Assembly (NCBI GenBank): GCA_050289625.1
Contig: JBNKGC010000004.1
Span: forward strand, 1,984-65,983
DNA: 64,000 bases
Source: Polyangiaceae bacterium
GTDB lineage: Bacteria > Myxococcota_A > Polyangia > Polyangiales > Polyangiaceae
Direction of reading: 5' to 3'
Shown here: piece after piece, positions 40,352 to 49,939 of the stretch
Layout: every line of letters begins with the position of its first letter
How positions within the stretch are numbered: the first letter of the stretch is position 1
The notes under the pieces: generated by a model
What the model saw: only the letters and a program-made list of their open reading frames with translations
What the model was told of the DNA's origin: nothing
The model's database searches: none
Program-made: the position numbers and the translations under genes

Positions 40352-41305
40352 ATGCGGTGGAACGAACGAGTGCGAACGATCTCGGCCGGCCTGGTCGCGC
40401 TGGGCGTCGCTGCCTGTGGTGGAGAGCAGAAGCAGCCCGAGACTCCCGCGCGCGAAGCTGGGGGCGCCGTCGGTGCGGAGATGATGGCGGGACCCGTCTT
40501 CCGGTACGACATCCCCGATGGCCTGCAATACACACAAACGGTGCGCCACACGCGGCAGCTCACTGCCCCAGGCACCCCGATGAACGCCAGTTTGCAGGAG
40601 GAGTGGACGTTCGACATTACCGTCGACCGCCGTGGTCCCATGACGGAGTTCGACGGCACCTTGAAGTCGGTCCGTTTGAGTCAGAACGGAGCGCTCGTCG
40701 CCCAGACCCTCCCTCAGGACGCGCGCATCTCGGCTCAGATCGACTCCGAGGGCGACGTTCAGTCCGTGACGGGCGCCGAGTCGATTTCCGAAGCCCTGGT
40801 CGCGGAGCTCCCCGAGGCCGAGCGACAACAGGCTCTTGGACTCGTCTCCAACGAGGCGATCGCTGCGAACATGGCCCGTCGACTCTCGCGCTCCGTTCGG
40901 CAACTGAACGGCCGCCCCGCGACCATCGGCGCCACCTGGATCGTGCGGCCCACCGAGCCGGGCATTCGGGGCAAGACCCTCTCCGTCCAGGCCGAGGAAC
41001 AGTGTGGTCTCAAGCGCTGCATGCGCGTCGATGCGACCTATCAGATCGATAATGCGAGCATCGCCGACGAACTCCGTGGCGAGGTGATCGGACTCGTCTC
41101 CGACGAAGACGAGGGCGGTGTGAGCGAAGTCACCCTCGAGGACGTCGAAGTGTCCGCGTCGGACACCATGCTCGTCGAGGTCGACACTCTGCTCGTACAC
41201 AAGGCGACCTTCCAGGAAACGATCCGACTCCGGGTGAAGGGGCCGGAGCGAACCGTCGACTTGATCGTGACTGAGTCGGACGATCAAGAAATCGTGACCC
41301 GCTGA
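40352..41305 (+). CDS. Hypothetical lipoprotein
   Basis: Signal peptide with lipobox LGVAAC and normal soluble-protein composition. The antisense 693-aa ORF is Arg/Pro-rich and was rejected. Confidence 0.65.
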   Translation: MRWNERVRTISAGLVALGVAACGGEQKQPETPAREAGGAVGAEMMAGPVFRYDIPDGLQYTQTVRHTRQLTAPGTPMNASLQEEWTFDITVDRRGPMTEFDGTLKSVRLSQNGALVAQTLPQDARISAQIDSEGDVQSVTGAESISEALVAELPEAERQQALGLVSNEAIAANMARRLSRSVRQLNGRPATIGATWIVRPTEPGIRGKTLSVQAEEQCGLKRCMRVDATYQIDNASIADELRGEVIGLVSDEDEGGVSEVTLEDVEVSASDTMLVEVDTLLVHKATFQETIRLRVKGPERTVDLIVTESDDQEIVTR

Positions 41306-41475
41306 CGACCCTCCCAGCTTTTCCGAATCCGGCCCGATCTGGCTGGCGCCAGGTTTCTGACACGGGGAGACTTTTGTTGAGACTCCTCGTGCGCCTACCG
41401 GCCTGCGATCCGTACTGCGGTCGTCGGGGCTCGAAGGGAGCCTCGACATAGTGCGCGATCGTGAAGGAGGTCGAG

Positions 41476-41655
41476 ATGGGGAGCTACCAGGCCTTGGACA
41501 GTCAGCGCGATGTCGGCGAAAGGCTGCAGCGTGACAGCGGAATTCCCAAGCCAGGAGGATTGGGCGCATCTCGGAACGAGCTCATCGGTCTCGTTCTCGG
41601 CGTGATCGTCCTCGCTGCGATTGCCGTCGGCTTTTGGTTCGAGGCCACGCGCTAG
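41476..41655 (+). CDS. Small (59 aa) C-terminally TM-anchored protein
   Basis: Strong SD AAGGAGG 5 nt before ATG 41476. C-terminal helix LIGLVLGVIVLAAIAVGFWF. Followed by a perfect hairpin. Confidence 0.5.
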   Translation: MGSYQALDSQRDVGERLQRDSGIPKPGGLGASRNELIGLVLGVIVLAAIAVGFWFEATR

Positions 41656-41680
41656 AAAAACCATCGCTTGCGATAGTAGC

Positions 41681-41715
41681 CCACTTCGGCCCTCGCCTTC
41701 CGAGGGCCGAAGTGG
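41681..41715. terminator. Perfect 15-bp hairpin between convergent genes (bidirectional terminator candidate)
   Basis: CCACTTCGGCCCTCG - CCTTC - CGAGGGCCGAAGTGG. No T-tract. Confidence 0.6.
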
Positions 41716-41773
41716 CGGTGGGCCAACCGATGCGGTCCACCTCATAGCGATGACCGCTTGCGGTGATCGCCCT

Positions 41774-42532
41774 TTAGTCCGTCACGTAGACGTCGACGCG
41801 CTCTGCGAATCCGCGCTCCGAAGGCTCCAAGTACTCCCCGCCGCCCTCGGACTCGATGGTGATGCGCGAGGCGTCCACTCCCTGATTGATGAGGATCTGA
41901 GCGACGTTCTGAGCGCGCTCCATCCCGAGATCGACGTCAGCATCCGCGTCTCCCGAAGGCGCGGCGTGACCGGAAACGGTGACTTTCGTGTCGCCCTGTT
42001 GGTCGCCCATCAAGCAGTCGCCGAGCGTCTTGCCGCGAGTGAAGTTGCTGCCCTCGACTCGCGATGATTCCCCGTCGAAGAAGATCGGGGTCGGAGCGCT
42101 CAAGTCGCAGCTCGAAAGCCGCTTCGCCGACTGCTCGCCGGCGTGAGTGATGACGATTTCGGCCTTGTTCTTTTCGAGGCCGAGGTCTTCGCCTGCTTCG
42201 TGCAGCCCTTTCTCCACGGCGTCGCCTGCTTTGTCGGCTCCCCGCTCCGCTGCTTCGCCGGCATCGTCCAGCGCATCGCCCGCTTCGTCTTTCGCGGTGT
42301 CGAGGCTTTCGGCGGTATCATGGGCCAGCTCTTTGCCCTTCTCGAGCCCGCGCTCTCCGAGCTCACCGGCCTTGTCGGTTGCCTTCCCGACGACGGCTCC
42401 GACTTCGCCAGCCGTCTCCTTGACGTCTTCCTTCGCCTCGTGACGTTCCTTCTTTTCACAGCCCGTCGCGACGAGCGCTGCAGCGACGCAGCTCGCGCCT
42501 AAGACGGCGCTCCAACTGAGACCCAGCCGCAT
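41774..42532 (-). CDS. OmpA-family lipoprotein with charged Ala/Gly/Asp/Glu/Lys repeat region
   Basis: Lipobox LVATGC. OmpA_C-like end VSGHAAPSGDADADVDLGMERAQNVAQILINQGVDASRI...ERVDVYV. Trimmed to ATG 42532. Confidence 0.8.
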   Translation of the reverse strand: MRLGLSWSAVLGASCVAAALVATGCEKKERHEAKEDVKETAGEVGAVVGKATDKAGELGERGLEKGKELAHDTAESLDTAKDEAGDALDDAGEAAERGADKAGDAVEKGLHEAGEDLGLEKNKAEIVITHAGEQSAKRLSSCDLSAPTPIFFDGESSRVEGSNFTRGKTLGDCLMGDQQGDTKVTVSGHAAPSGDADADVDLGMERAQNVAQILINQGVDASRITIESEGGGEYLEPSERGFAERVDVYVTD

Positions 42533-42762
42533 GGCTTCCCCCCTTCGTTCGTCCGCTGCGCTCGACGCCCCAACCTGAGTGGTCGGCTGCGAACGTCCAG
42601 CGGTCTTGGCGCCAAACCCAGGCTGAAGCTCCGATCGGGGATCGTCAAGGCGCCGTCGATGGAGACCCGCACACGGAAGACCGTTCGGGTCAGAGACCGC
42701 TTTCGAGGCGGCCCCCACTCGGGCTAGTCATTCGCACTACTGAATCACAGGAATTCGCGGGC

Positions 42763-43980
42763 TCAGCCGCCGCCAAAGACCTGAGTCGCGATCACGATGG
42801 GAGGAGACGACGAGTCATCGATGTCGACGTCCAGCCCGATGTGGGTGAAGTTGGGATCGAGCAGATTGGCGCGATGACCGGGGCTTCGCATCCAGAGCGT
42901 GTGGATCTCCTCTGCCGAACGCGCCCGGCCGATGTTTTCTCCGTAACGGGGGTAGGGGAAGCCCGCGCGGCGCATGCGGTCGTGGGTCGAACCGTTCGTC
43001 GGCGACTGGTGCGCGAAGAAATGGTTCTGGTGCATGTCGTCGTTGTGGCCCGCGGCGATGCGATCGAGTTCGGGATCCCTTTTCAGGGGCGGCAGTCCGG
43101 CGTGTGCGCGAGCCTCGTTGGCTGCCTGGAGAAAAGCTTCTGCCGTGGGAGCCCAGTCGACGTTCAGGGTCGTGGCTTCGATCTCCGGATTGACACCCAC
43201 GCCGATCGGGAAGTTTGCAACTACCTCCAGGCCGTTTGGACCGCGTGCCAAGAGCTCGATCTGGTGCGTGCCTCGCGGCAGGCCCATGAGCTTCTGCTCG
43301 AGCATTCCCTTCATGCGACGCACCTTGCCGTCGGGTCCCGTGACGAGCCATTCGGGGCTGTTCCAACCGCTGGCCAACTTGGCCTGCAGATTGACGGGAG
43401 CGCCCTCTTCCACGCGACGATCGACGGGGGCGATGTCGGCATGACTTGCCGAAAGCGCGACCACGGCCAGCCCGTCGTCGGTCACGTAGACGCCGGCGCG
43501 ATTGTGCGCGCTGCTCTTCGGCTGTCCGCGCAGGGCGCCGGAGAGATCTCTTTCCCACGTAGCCGCGTCCAGATCGACGAACAAAAGGAGCGGAAACGGA
43601 GAGACGATGCCGAACCGGCGACTCATGCGGTCGACGTCGATGGTCGAGGGCGTCTCGCCGCGGTGGGAGCGCTGTTGGGCGGCCCAACTGGCGAGGTCGG
43701 CCAAACGACCGTCGCCTTCCAACCGTTCGTTGGCGGTGCGCACGACGTTCCAGACGCGCGAGGCGTCGGAAGCTCCCTGGCCATCTCCCGAGTACGGATG
43801 ACCCTCGGGCGAGCTCGAGTACCGGTCCCGATCCCTGAGGGGCGCGGAGGTCTTGGAGGCGGAGATCTGTGGTTTGGACTCGGAGCCACTGCCGCGGCTG
43901 GCACAGCCGGTGGAAGGCAGGTAGACGGCGACAGCGGCCGTCAAGAGGCCCAGAGCCAGGCGAAGCTGGCGGTTAAGCAT
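42763..43980 (-). CDS. CAP/SCP (PR-1-like) domain lipoprotein
   Basis: Lipobox PSTGC. C-terminal CAP block NEARAHAGLPPL...HNDDMHQNHFFAHQSP...GENIG...W..SPGHRANLLDPNFTHIG. Confidence 0.8.
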   Translation of the reverse strand: MLNRQLRLALGLLTAAVAVYLPSTGCASRGSGSESKPQISASKTSAPLRDRDRYSSSPEGHPYSGDGQGASDASRVWNVVRTANERLEGDGRLADLASWAAQQRSHRGETPSTIDVDRMSRRFGIVSPFPLLLFVDLDAATWERDLSGALRGQPKSSAHNRAGVYVTDDGLAVVALSASHADIAPVDRRVEEGAPVNLQAKLASGWNSPEWLVTGPDGKVRRMKGMLEQKLMGLPRGTHQIELLARGPNGLEVVANFPIGVGVNPEIEATTLNVDWAPTAEAFLQAANEARAHAGLPPLKRDPELDRIAAGHNDDMHQNHFFAHQSPTNGSTHDRMRRAGFPYPRYGENIGRARSAEEIHTLWMRSPGHRANLLDPNFTHIGLDVDIDDSSSPPIVIATQVFGGG

Positions 43981-44246
43981 GGGCGAAGCGAAGTTTTCGA
44001 AAGCTGGGGCCAGGCCCCGGGTACGTGAAGCTCCGGCAAGGTGACACGGCTTCTGAAGGGCGCCAGCGGTCCTTCGAGCTAGCGTGGCGAGTCAGCTGCG
44101 GAACGGTTCTGGCCAGACCCATCTGGGTTTTCTACCCTGGTGCCCCAAGTAGGCTGGTGCATTCGGGTTCCGAGCTTCGCTTCAGCGGACTTTGGGGACT
44201 AGGCGCGCGGCCATTCGGAAGAACGACCACAACCAGCGAGCAAGCG

Positions 44247-45416
44247 ATGCCCTCCCGGACTCACTCCATCGGAATTCTCACTTCAGGGGGCGACTGCCCC
44301 GGTTTGAACGCAGCGATCCGCGGTGTGGCGAAGGCCGCCATGCACTACGGCATCCAAGTCATTGGCGTGCAGGATGGGTTCCGTGGTCTGGTGGAAAACC
44401 GCACCATGGTGCTGGACAGCCGATTGGTGAGCGGCCTGCTCACCGAGGGAGGAACGCTGCTTGGAACGGCGCGTGACAAGCCTCACAAAATGCGCATGGG
44501 TCACCAGATCATGGACATGACCGACGTTGCGGTCGCCAACATGAACCGGATGAACATCGATTGTCTGGTGTGCATCGGGGGGAACGGAACCCAGAAGAAT
44601 GCGCTCCGTTTGCGCAACGCCACCGACATCGGAGTGATCACCCTGCCGAAGACCATCGACAACGACGTTGCGGGGACCGACGTCACCTTCGGTTTCGACT
44701 CGGCGATGAGGATCGCCACCGAAGCGATCGACCGGCTTCACACGACGGCGACGAGTCACCATCGCATCATCGTGTGCGAAATCATGGGACACGATGCGGG
44801 CTGGCTTGCCCTTGGTTCGGGCATTGCCGGCGGGGCGGACGTCATTCTCATTCCCGAGATCCCCTACGACCTCGGCGTCGTGGCGCGTCACCTGATCAAC
44901 CGTCGCCAAGCGGGCAAGCGTTTCTCAATCATCGCCGTGGCCGAAGGTGTTCGTTCACAAGATGAAGTGGCGCGCCTCCTGGCGGATGAGGAGGGCAAGA
45001 AGAAGAAGGAAAAGAAGAGAAAGAAGGACAAAGAGGGACCCGAACCGAGCAAGGCGACGCCGTCCGTCGACTTCGACTCGGAGGAGGTCCACCTGGTCCA
45101 GGAGCCCGTGGCGAGTCGGATCGCGCGGCGACTGCAGCAGCTCACGGGGATTGAGGCGCGCGTCACGTCCCTCGGTCACGTGCAGCGCGGCGGCGAGCCC
45201 ACTGCCTACGACCGACTCCTGACCACCCGCCTCGGGACGAAGGCAGGAAAGCTCCTCGCCGAGGGCACCTACGACGTGATGGTGGCCATCCAGGGCGACA
45301 AGACGAAACCCGTCCCGCTCGAAAGCGTCGCGGGCAAGAAGAAGCTCGTGCCCCCGGATCACCCGTGGCTCGAGACCGCTCGCCTCGTGGAAACCTGCCT
45401 CGGCGACAAATCCTGA
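44247..45416 (+). CDS. pfkA: 6-phosphofructokinase
   Basis: [41 protein letters not shown]. Trimmed to ATG 44247. Contains a Lys-rich insertion. Confidence 0.93.
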   Translation: MPSRTHSIGILTSGGDCPGLNAAIRGVAKAAMHYGIQVIGVQDGFRGLVENRTMVLDSRLVSGLLTEGGTLLGTARDKPHKMRMGHQIMDMTDVAVANMNRMNIDCLVCIGGNGTQKNALRLRNATDIGVITLPKTIDNDVAGTDVTFGFDSAMRIATEAIDRLHTTATSHHRIIVCEIMGHDAGWLALGSGIAGGADVILIPEIPYDLGVVARHLINRRQAGKRFSIIAVAEGVRSQDEVARLLADEEGKKKKEKKRKKDKEGPEPSKATPSVDFDSEEVHLVQEPVASRIARRLQQLTGIEARVTSLGHVQRGGEPTAYDRLLTTRLGTKAGKLLAEGTYDVMVAIQGDKTKPVPLESVAGKKKLVPPDHPWLETARLVETCLGDKS

Positions 45417-45499
45417 GCGGATCCAGCACCTTCCAGCCGCGCTCGGGTCGCTTGGCCCTTGACATGGGCGACTCAGGGCGTACCTGCACCGGGTCGAAC

Positions 45500-46570
45500 A
45501 TGTCTGCACCCCACGTCACCATGGTGAAAAAGCGGCTCGCCTCGGGCGAGCCCTGCCGCAAGTGCATCCAGGCGGAGGACATGCTCAAGCGGCGGGGCCT
45601 TTGGGAAAAGATCGGGCAGGTCGTGTGGGCCGACGAGACCGATCCCGAGTCCGAGGGAATGCGTCTGGCGCGTGAGCATCACGTCGACCTCGCGCCCTTC
45701 TTCCTCGTTCGCTCGGACGAGGGGGCTCCGCGCCTCTACACGAGCGCCCTTCGACTCGTGAAGGAGGTTCTCGCGAAGGGGCCCGACACGGCCGATGCGA
45801 CAAGTGGCGAGGGTGATTCGGGTCGGAGCGAACTCCGCCCCAGCGTAAGTCCGGTGGTTTCGGCTGTTGGGGCGGACGAAATAATGGCTCAGAGCGTGGA
45901 GCTCGCCGACGCTTCTCCGCAGCGTATCGTCGAGTGGACCTTTGGCAAGCTCGGGCGTCGTTGCGCGATCGCCTTCAGCGGTGCCGAGGATGTCGTCCTC
46001 ATCGACATGGCGGCGAAGCGCGGCTTGGATTTTTCGGTGTTCTGTCTGGACACGGGGCGACTGCACCCGGAGACCTACCGATTCATCGATCGCGTCCGCG
46101 AGCACTACGGCATCGAGATCGAGATGGCTTTTCCCGAGGCCATTCGGGTCCAGGACCTCGTCCGCAAGAAGGGCTTGTTCAGCTTCTACGAGGATGGTCA
46201 CGGCGAGTGCTGCGGTATTCGCAAGGTGGAGCCTTTGCGGCGTGTGCTCGGCACCTTCGACGGTTGGATGACCGGGCAGCGACGTGACCAGAGCCCGACG
46301 CGAGCCGAGGTGCCGGTACTGCTTTGGGACACGAGCCACACCCCCTCCGGAATGCTCAAGGCCAACCCCCTGGCTCGCTGGACGAGCGCGCAGGTGTGGC
46401 AGTACATCCGCGACGAGGACGTGCCCTACAACGAGCTCCACGACCGAGGGTTCATCTCGATCGGCTGCGAGCCGTGCACCCGAGCCGTCCGCCCGGGCGA
46501 GCATGAGCGCGCTGGCCGCTGGTGGTGGGAGGAAGCCACCCAGCGCGAGTGCGGGCTGCACAAGGGCTGA
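45500..46570 (+). CDS. cysH: Assimilatory adenylyl-sulfate/PAPS reductase (Fe-S type) with N-terminal CxxC extension
   Basis: [12 protein letters not shown], Fe-S cysteines [12 protein letters not shown] and SIGCEPCT, catalytic ECGLH at the C-terminus. About 100 extra N-terminal residues containing CRKC. Confidence 0.9.
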   Translation: MSAPHVTMVKKRLASGEPCRKCIQAEDMLKRRGLWEKIGQVVWADETDPESEGMRLAREHHVDLAPFFLVRSDEGAPRLYTSALRLVKEVLAKGPDTADATSGEGDSGRSELRPSVSPVVSAVGADEIMAQSVELADASPQRIVEWTFGKLGRRCAIAFSGAEDVVLIDMAAKRGLDFSVFCLDTGRLHPETYRFIDRVREHYGIEIEMAFPEAIRVQDLVRKKGLFSFYEDGHGECCGIRKVEPLRRVLGTFDGWMTGQRRDQSPTRAEVPVLLWDTSHTPSGMLKANPLARWTSAQVWQYIRDEDVPYNELHDRGFISIGCEPCTRAVRPGEHERAGRWWWEEATQRECGLHKG

Positions 46571-46576
46571 GCGCTG

Positions 46577-47404
46577 CTATGCGTCGTGGCGGTACAAATG
46601 CACGTCGCGTTGGGGAAATGGGATCGTGACTCCCGCCTCATCGAGGACGCGTTTGCAGCCCTCGGTGATGGCGAAATGCACGTCCCAGTAGTCCGCGGGG
46701 CGGGTGAACGGGCGCACCACGAGGTTGACGGAGTTGTCCCCGAGCTCCGTGACGGCAACCACGGGTGCTGGCTCGGGGAGGACCTTCGGGGTGCTCTTCA
46801 CCATCTCCAGAAGAACGGCTTTCGCTTTCTGAAGGTCGGCGTCGTAGGCGACGCCGACCGAGCAATCGACTCGGACGTGCTGTTCGCTGGTGAAGTTCGT
46901 GATCGTCCCGTTCGAAAGGCCTCCGTTGGGGACGATGACCCGCCGGTTTTGGGGCGAGAGCAGCACTGTGTTGAAGATCTGGATTTCGAGTACCGTGCCG
47001 ATTTCACCCTGGGCCTTGATGAAATCGCCCACCTTGAAGGGGCGAAAGATCAGGATGATCACTCCACCGGCGAAATTCTGGAGGCTGCCTTGGAGCGCAA
47101 GACCGATGGCGAGGCCCGCTGCGCCCAGGACCGCGACGAACGACGTCGTCTGGACGCCGAGGATTGATGCGACGCTGATGAACAGCATCACCTTGAGGAT
47201 CCAACCGAGGAGGTTGCTCAAGAACGGAGTCAGCGTCGCATCGACCTTCCGAGCTTCGAGTCCCCGTCGGAAGACCTTGATCACGCCGCTCACCAGCCAG
47301 AGGCCGAGCAGGAGGGTGAAGAGCGCCAGCGCGACCTTGGGGGCGTACGTCAGCGTGAGGCTGACTACCAATTCTCGGTACTTCTCGATCTCCGCGACGT
47401 CCAT
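46577..47404 (-). CDS. MscS-family mechanosensitive channel
   Basis: Three TM helices, the pore helix AAGLAIGLALQGSLQNFAGG, and FRPFKVGD at the start of the beta domain. Confidence 0.92.
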   Translation of the reverse strand: MDVAEIEKYRELVVSLTLTYAPKVALALFTLLLGLWLVSGVIKVFRRGLEARKVDATLTPFLSNLLGWILKVMLFISVASILGVQTTSFVAVLGAAGLAIGLALQGSLQNFAGGVIILIFRPFKVGDFIKAQGEIGTVLEIQIFNTVLLSPQNRRVIVPNGGLSNGTITNFTSEQHVRVDCSVGVAYDADLQKAKAVLLEMVKSTPKVLPEPAPVVAVTELGDNSVNLVVRPFTRPADYWDVHFAITEGCKRVLDEAGVTIPFPQRDVHLYRHDA

Positions 47405-47584
47405 CCCTGCGCCTCCCAGCGCATTGCACCGCCATGATGGAGGCGATTTGGACGAAGGGGAAGGGGATGGCCGCGCGAGTCGTCAGCGTCGAAAAGTGGA
47501 AGCTGACTACGAAATGTTTCGCGGCACGGTCCTACCCCAAAACGTTTCGCGAAAGGTTTCCGGTGCTGATTCGCCGGGCACGAA

Positions 47585-48445
47585 CTAGCCCCGCGAATCG
47601 TTCGCCATGTGTTCGTTGAACAAGGCGAGGAGTCCGTCAGGGTTGTCCACGTGGACCCAATGCCCCGCGTTCGGGAGCTCCAGGAGCTCGACGGAGGCAT
47701 CTTCTGGAAGTGCCCCGGCTCGGCTCCGCATGTCGCCGGTCCAACGATCACTGTGCTCGGCGACGACCAGGTGGACGGTGGGACGCTCCCGCACCGTTTC
47801 GACGAAGGGCCAGAGGTCTTCGCGGAAGTAGTCTTGCATGAGCTCCCCGATCGCCTCGACGTCGAGGCGCCAGGCAAAGCCCGAGTCGGAGCGCTCGAGG
47901 TTCGTGCCGAGCCAATTGGCCAGCCCGCTCGAAAGTCCCTGCCCGGTGAGCGCGGCGGTTGCGTCGTTGCGGCTCGAGAACGGCCCGGGCGCTCGACGCA
48001 GCGCCTCGAGAACCCGCAGGACCTCGTGTCCGGGATCGGGAGTCTGAGTGCCCGGATCCGAGTCCAGCGCCCAAACCTCGTCGAGGGCCCCCGCATAGTC
48101 CGACGGGAGGGGACGACCGGTACCTTCCCCGAGGGCACGGCGGGCGTAAGCCAGCGCCACCTTGCCCCCGAAAGAATGCCCGATCACCGCATTGGGGGGT
48201 CGTCCGACGGCCTCGGCAAGCTCCGCCAAATCATCAACGCACGCTTCGACCGTCTGCGGAGAGGGAGCGCCCTGCGAGTGCCCGTGGTTTCTCAGATCCA
48301 CGAGGACGAAGCGCCAAGCAGGACGCTCGGTAGCGAGCCTCTTGATGAAGCTGCGAAAGTTGTGGCCGGCGCCGAGCGCGCCGTGGAGGACGAATGCCAG
48401 ACGGGGGGCATCGGCATCGCCAACCGCGATGTGATGGAGCTTCAC
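47585..48445 (-). CDS. Alpha/beta hydrolase
   Basis: HGALGAG oxyanion region, nucleophile elbow IGHSFGG, C-terminal His context NAGHWVH. Confidence 0.85.
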   Translation of the reverse strand: MKLHHIAVGDADAPRLAFVLHGALGAGHNFRSFIKRLATERPAWRFVLVDLRNHGHSQGAPSPQTVEACVDDLAELAEAVGRPPNAVIGHSFGGKVALAYARRALGEGTGRPLPSDYAGALDEVWALDSDPGTQTPDPGHEVLRVLEALRRAPGPFSSRNDATAALTGQGLSSGLANWLGTNLERSDSGFAWRLDVEAIGELMQDYFREDLWPFVETVRERPTVHLVVAEHSDRWTGDMRSRAGALPEDASVELLELPNAGHWVHVDNPDGLLALFNEHMANDSRG

Positions 48446-48912
48446 AGGGCGGTCACCTCGAGGGTGGCGTCGATCTCCACGCTCGTGCCGAACGGAAGCT
48501 GCGCCATGCCTACCGCCGTGCGCGCGTGCTGTCCGGCCTCGCCCAAAACCTCGATGAGGAGCTCGGACGCACCGTTCACCACGAGGTGTTGTTCGGTGAA
48601 ATTGGGGGTGCTGTTCACGTAGCCGCCGATGCGGAGCACTCGCACGATGCGTTCGAGGCTACCGAGCTCGTCCCGTGCGACCCGGAGGATGTTGGCGGCG
48701 CAGAGAGCCGCGGCTTTCTGACCCTCCTCGAGAGTGAGGTCGGCGCCGAGCTTGCCCTTGTAGAGCAGGTTACCGGGGCCATCGAAGGGAACCGCCCCCG
48801 ACAGGTAAGCGGTTGTCCCGTGCACCAGCATGGGCTTGTAGATGGCGCCGGGCTTGGGGATCCGGTCGAGCGGGTAGCCGAGTCGCTCCAACTTCACTTC
48901 GCGTGTGCTCAT
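48442..48912 (-). CDS. ridA: RidA/YjgF-family protein
   Basis: Typical size (156 aa) and the C-terminal block RTAVGMAQLPFGTSVEIDA. 4-nt overlap with the downstream hydrolase gene. Confidence 0.85.
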   Translation of the reverse strand: MSTREVKLERLGYPLDRIPKPGAIYKPMLVHGTTAYLSGAVPFDGPGNLLYKGKLGADLTLEEGQKAAALCAANILRVARDELGSLERIVRVLRIGGYVNSTPNFTEQHLVVNGASELLIEVLGEAGQHARTAVGMAQLPFGTSVEIDATLEVTAL

Positions 48913-48950
48913 GGGTCGGTGGGTGTCTTACCGAAGCGCGGCGATGAAGC

Positions 48951-48980
48951 CTAGAGCGACAAACGGTTTACCGATTGTCG
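48951..48980. promoter_or_regulatory. CTAG-containing inverted-repeat motif, copy B
   Basis: CTAGAGCGACAAACGG-TTTA-CCGATTGTCG, 38 nt upstream of the ridA ATG in the ridA/aquaporin divergent spacer. An inverted CGCTCTAG lies at 49048-49055. Confidence 0.5.
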
Positions 48981-49168
48981 CGACCAAACAAGCAACTGGA
49001 GCGCCGATTCGTGCAGCGCGCCAGCGTCCGAAAGGCAAACTGATCGGCGCTCTAGAGGGTCGACCGGTTCGCCTCGTGGGCACTGGCAAATACCGCACCC
49101 GAGTTGTCGTGACATTGGCGTGTCACGACTTGTCCGCGCCGAAATCCAACCGTACCGTTCGGCCCGCC

Positions 49169-49939
49169 GTGTCGCCGCCCCTTTCAAAGCGCCTCGCCAG
49201 CGAAGCCTTGGGAACCGCACTCTTGCTGGTTGCGATCGTCGGCTCCGGAATTTCCGGTGAGCAGTGGAGTGGGGGAAACGAAACCCTGGCGTTGCTTCCG
49301 CACGCGCTTTCGGTGGGCGCTGCGCTGGTCGCTCTCATCTCCTGTTTCGGAGGGGTGTCGGCGCACTTCAATCCAGCGGTGACCATCGCGGAAGCCCTCG
49401 GGGGCCGTTTCGCTTGGCGTGAGGTGCCGGCCTACGTGGGGGTTCAAGTCGTCGCAGCATGCTTCGGCACGGTGCTGACTCATGTCATGTTCGGGATCGA
49501 GCCGGTGGTCTGGGGGCAGAACGCGCGCACCGGGGCGGGCCTGTGGCTTGGGGAGTTCGTGGCAACGTTCGGTTTGCTGACGATCATCCTCGGCTCGGCA
49601 TCGCTCGGCACGCGGGCAATCGCAACCGCGGTGGGGACCTACATCTGCGGCGCAATTTGGTTCACGCCGTCGGCTGCATTTGCCAACCCAGCCGTGACCG
49701 TGGCGCGAGCGCTGACTGACACCTACGTGTCCATTCGACCCCTCGACGTCCCGCCCTACGTAGTCGCGCAGTTCGCTGGGGGGATCCTCGGGAGCTTTGC
49801 CATGGGGTGGATCGTGATTGCCCGACCCTCGAAGGAAGCGAGAGCTGACGAGGGAGCCGAAGCTGCAAAAGGAGGCCCGGAGCGAGAGGTCTTGCTCGAA
49901 GGAAAGCATTCCGAAGATGCCATCGAACCGGCTCGATGA
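49169..49939 (+). CDS. MIP-family channel (aquaporin/glycerol-facilitator-like)
   Basis: Two NPA boxes, HFNPAVTIAEA and FANPAVTVARA, and six TM helices. Start is uncertain (GTG 49169, GTG 49109, or track ATG 48905). Confidence 0.88.
   Translation: MSPPLSKRLASEALGTALLLVAIVGSGISGEQWSGGNETLALLPHALSVGAALVALISCFGGVSAHFNPAVTIAEALGGRFAWREVPAYVGVQVVAACFGTVLTHVMFGIEPVVWGQNARTGAGLWLGEFVATFGLLTIILGSASLGTRAIATAVGTYICGAIWFTPSAAFANPAVTVARALTDTYVSIRPLDVPPYVVAQFAGGILGSFAMGWIVIARPSKEARADEGAEAAKGGPEREVLLEGKHSEDAIEPAR

Noticed and set aside
39488-41569. 693-aa minus-strand ORF
   Set aside because: It is antisense to a motif-perfect SDR gene and a lipoprotein gene. Its N-terminal part is Arg/Pro/Ser junk.
47509-47554. 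Repeated GTTTCGCG / TTTCGCGAAA palindrome upstream of the MscS gene, also resembling ATTTCGCGAAG upstream of clpX (3118-3129)
   Set aside because: A 7-8-nt motif of this composition is expected several times by chance in 64 kb on two strands. There is no further flanking similarity between the sites.
47405-47584. RNase P or other known ncRNA (GGAAGCTGAC resembles the RNase P RNA 5-prime end)
   Set aside because: The region is only 180 nt and lacks the universally conserved GGAAAGTCCGG-type core elements.
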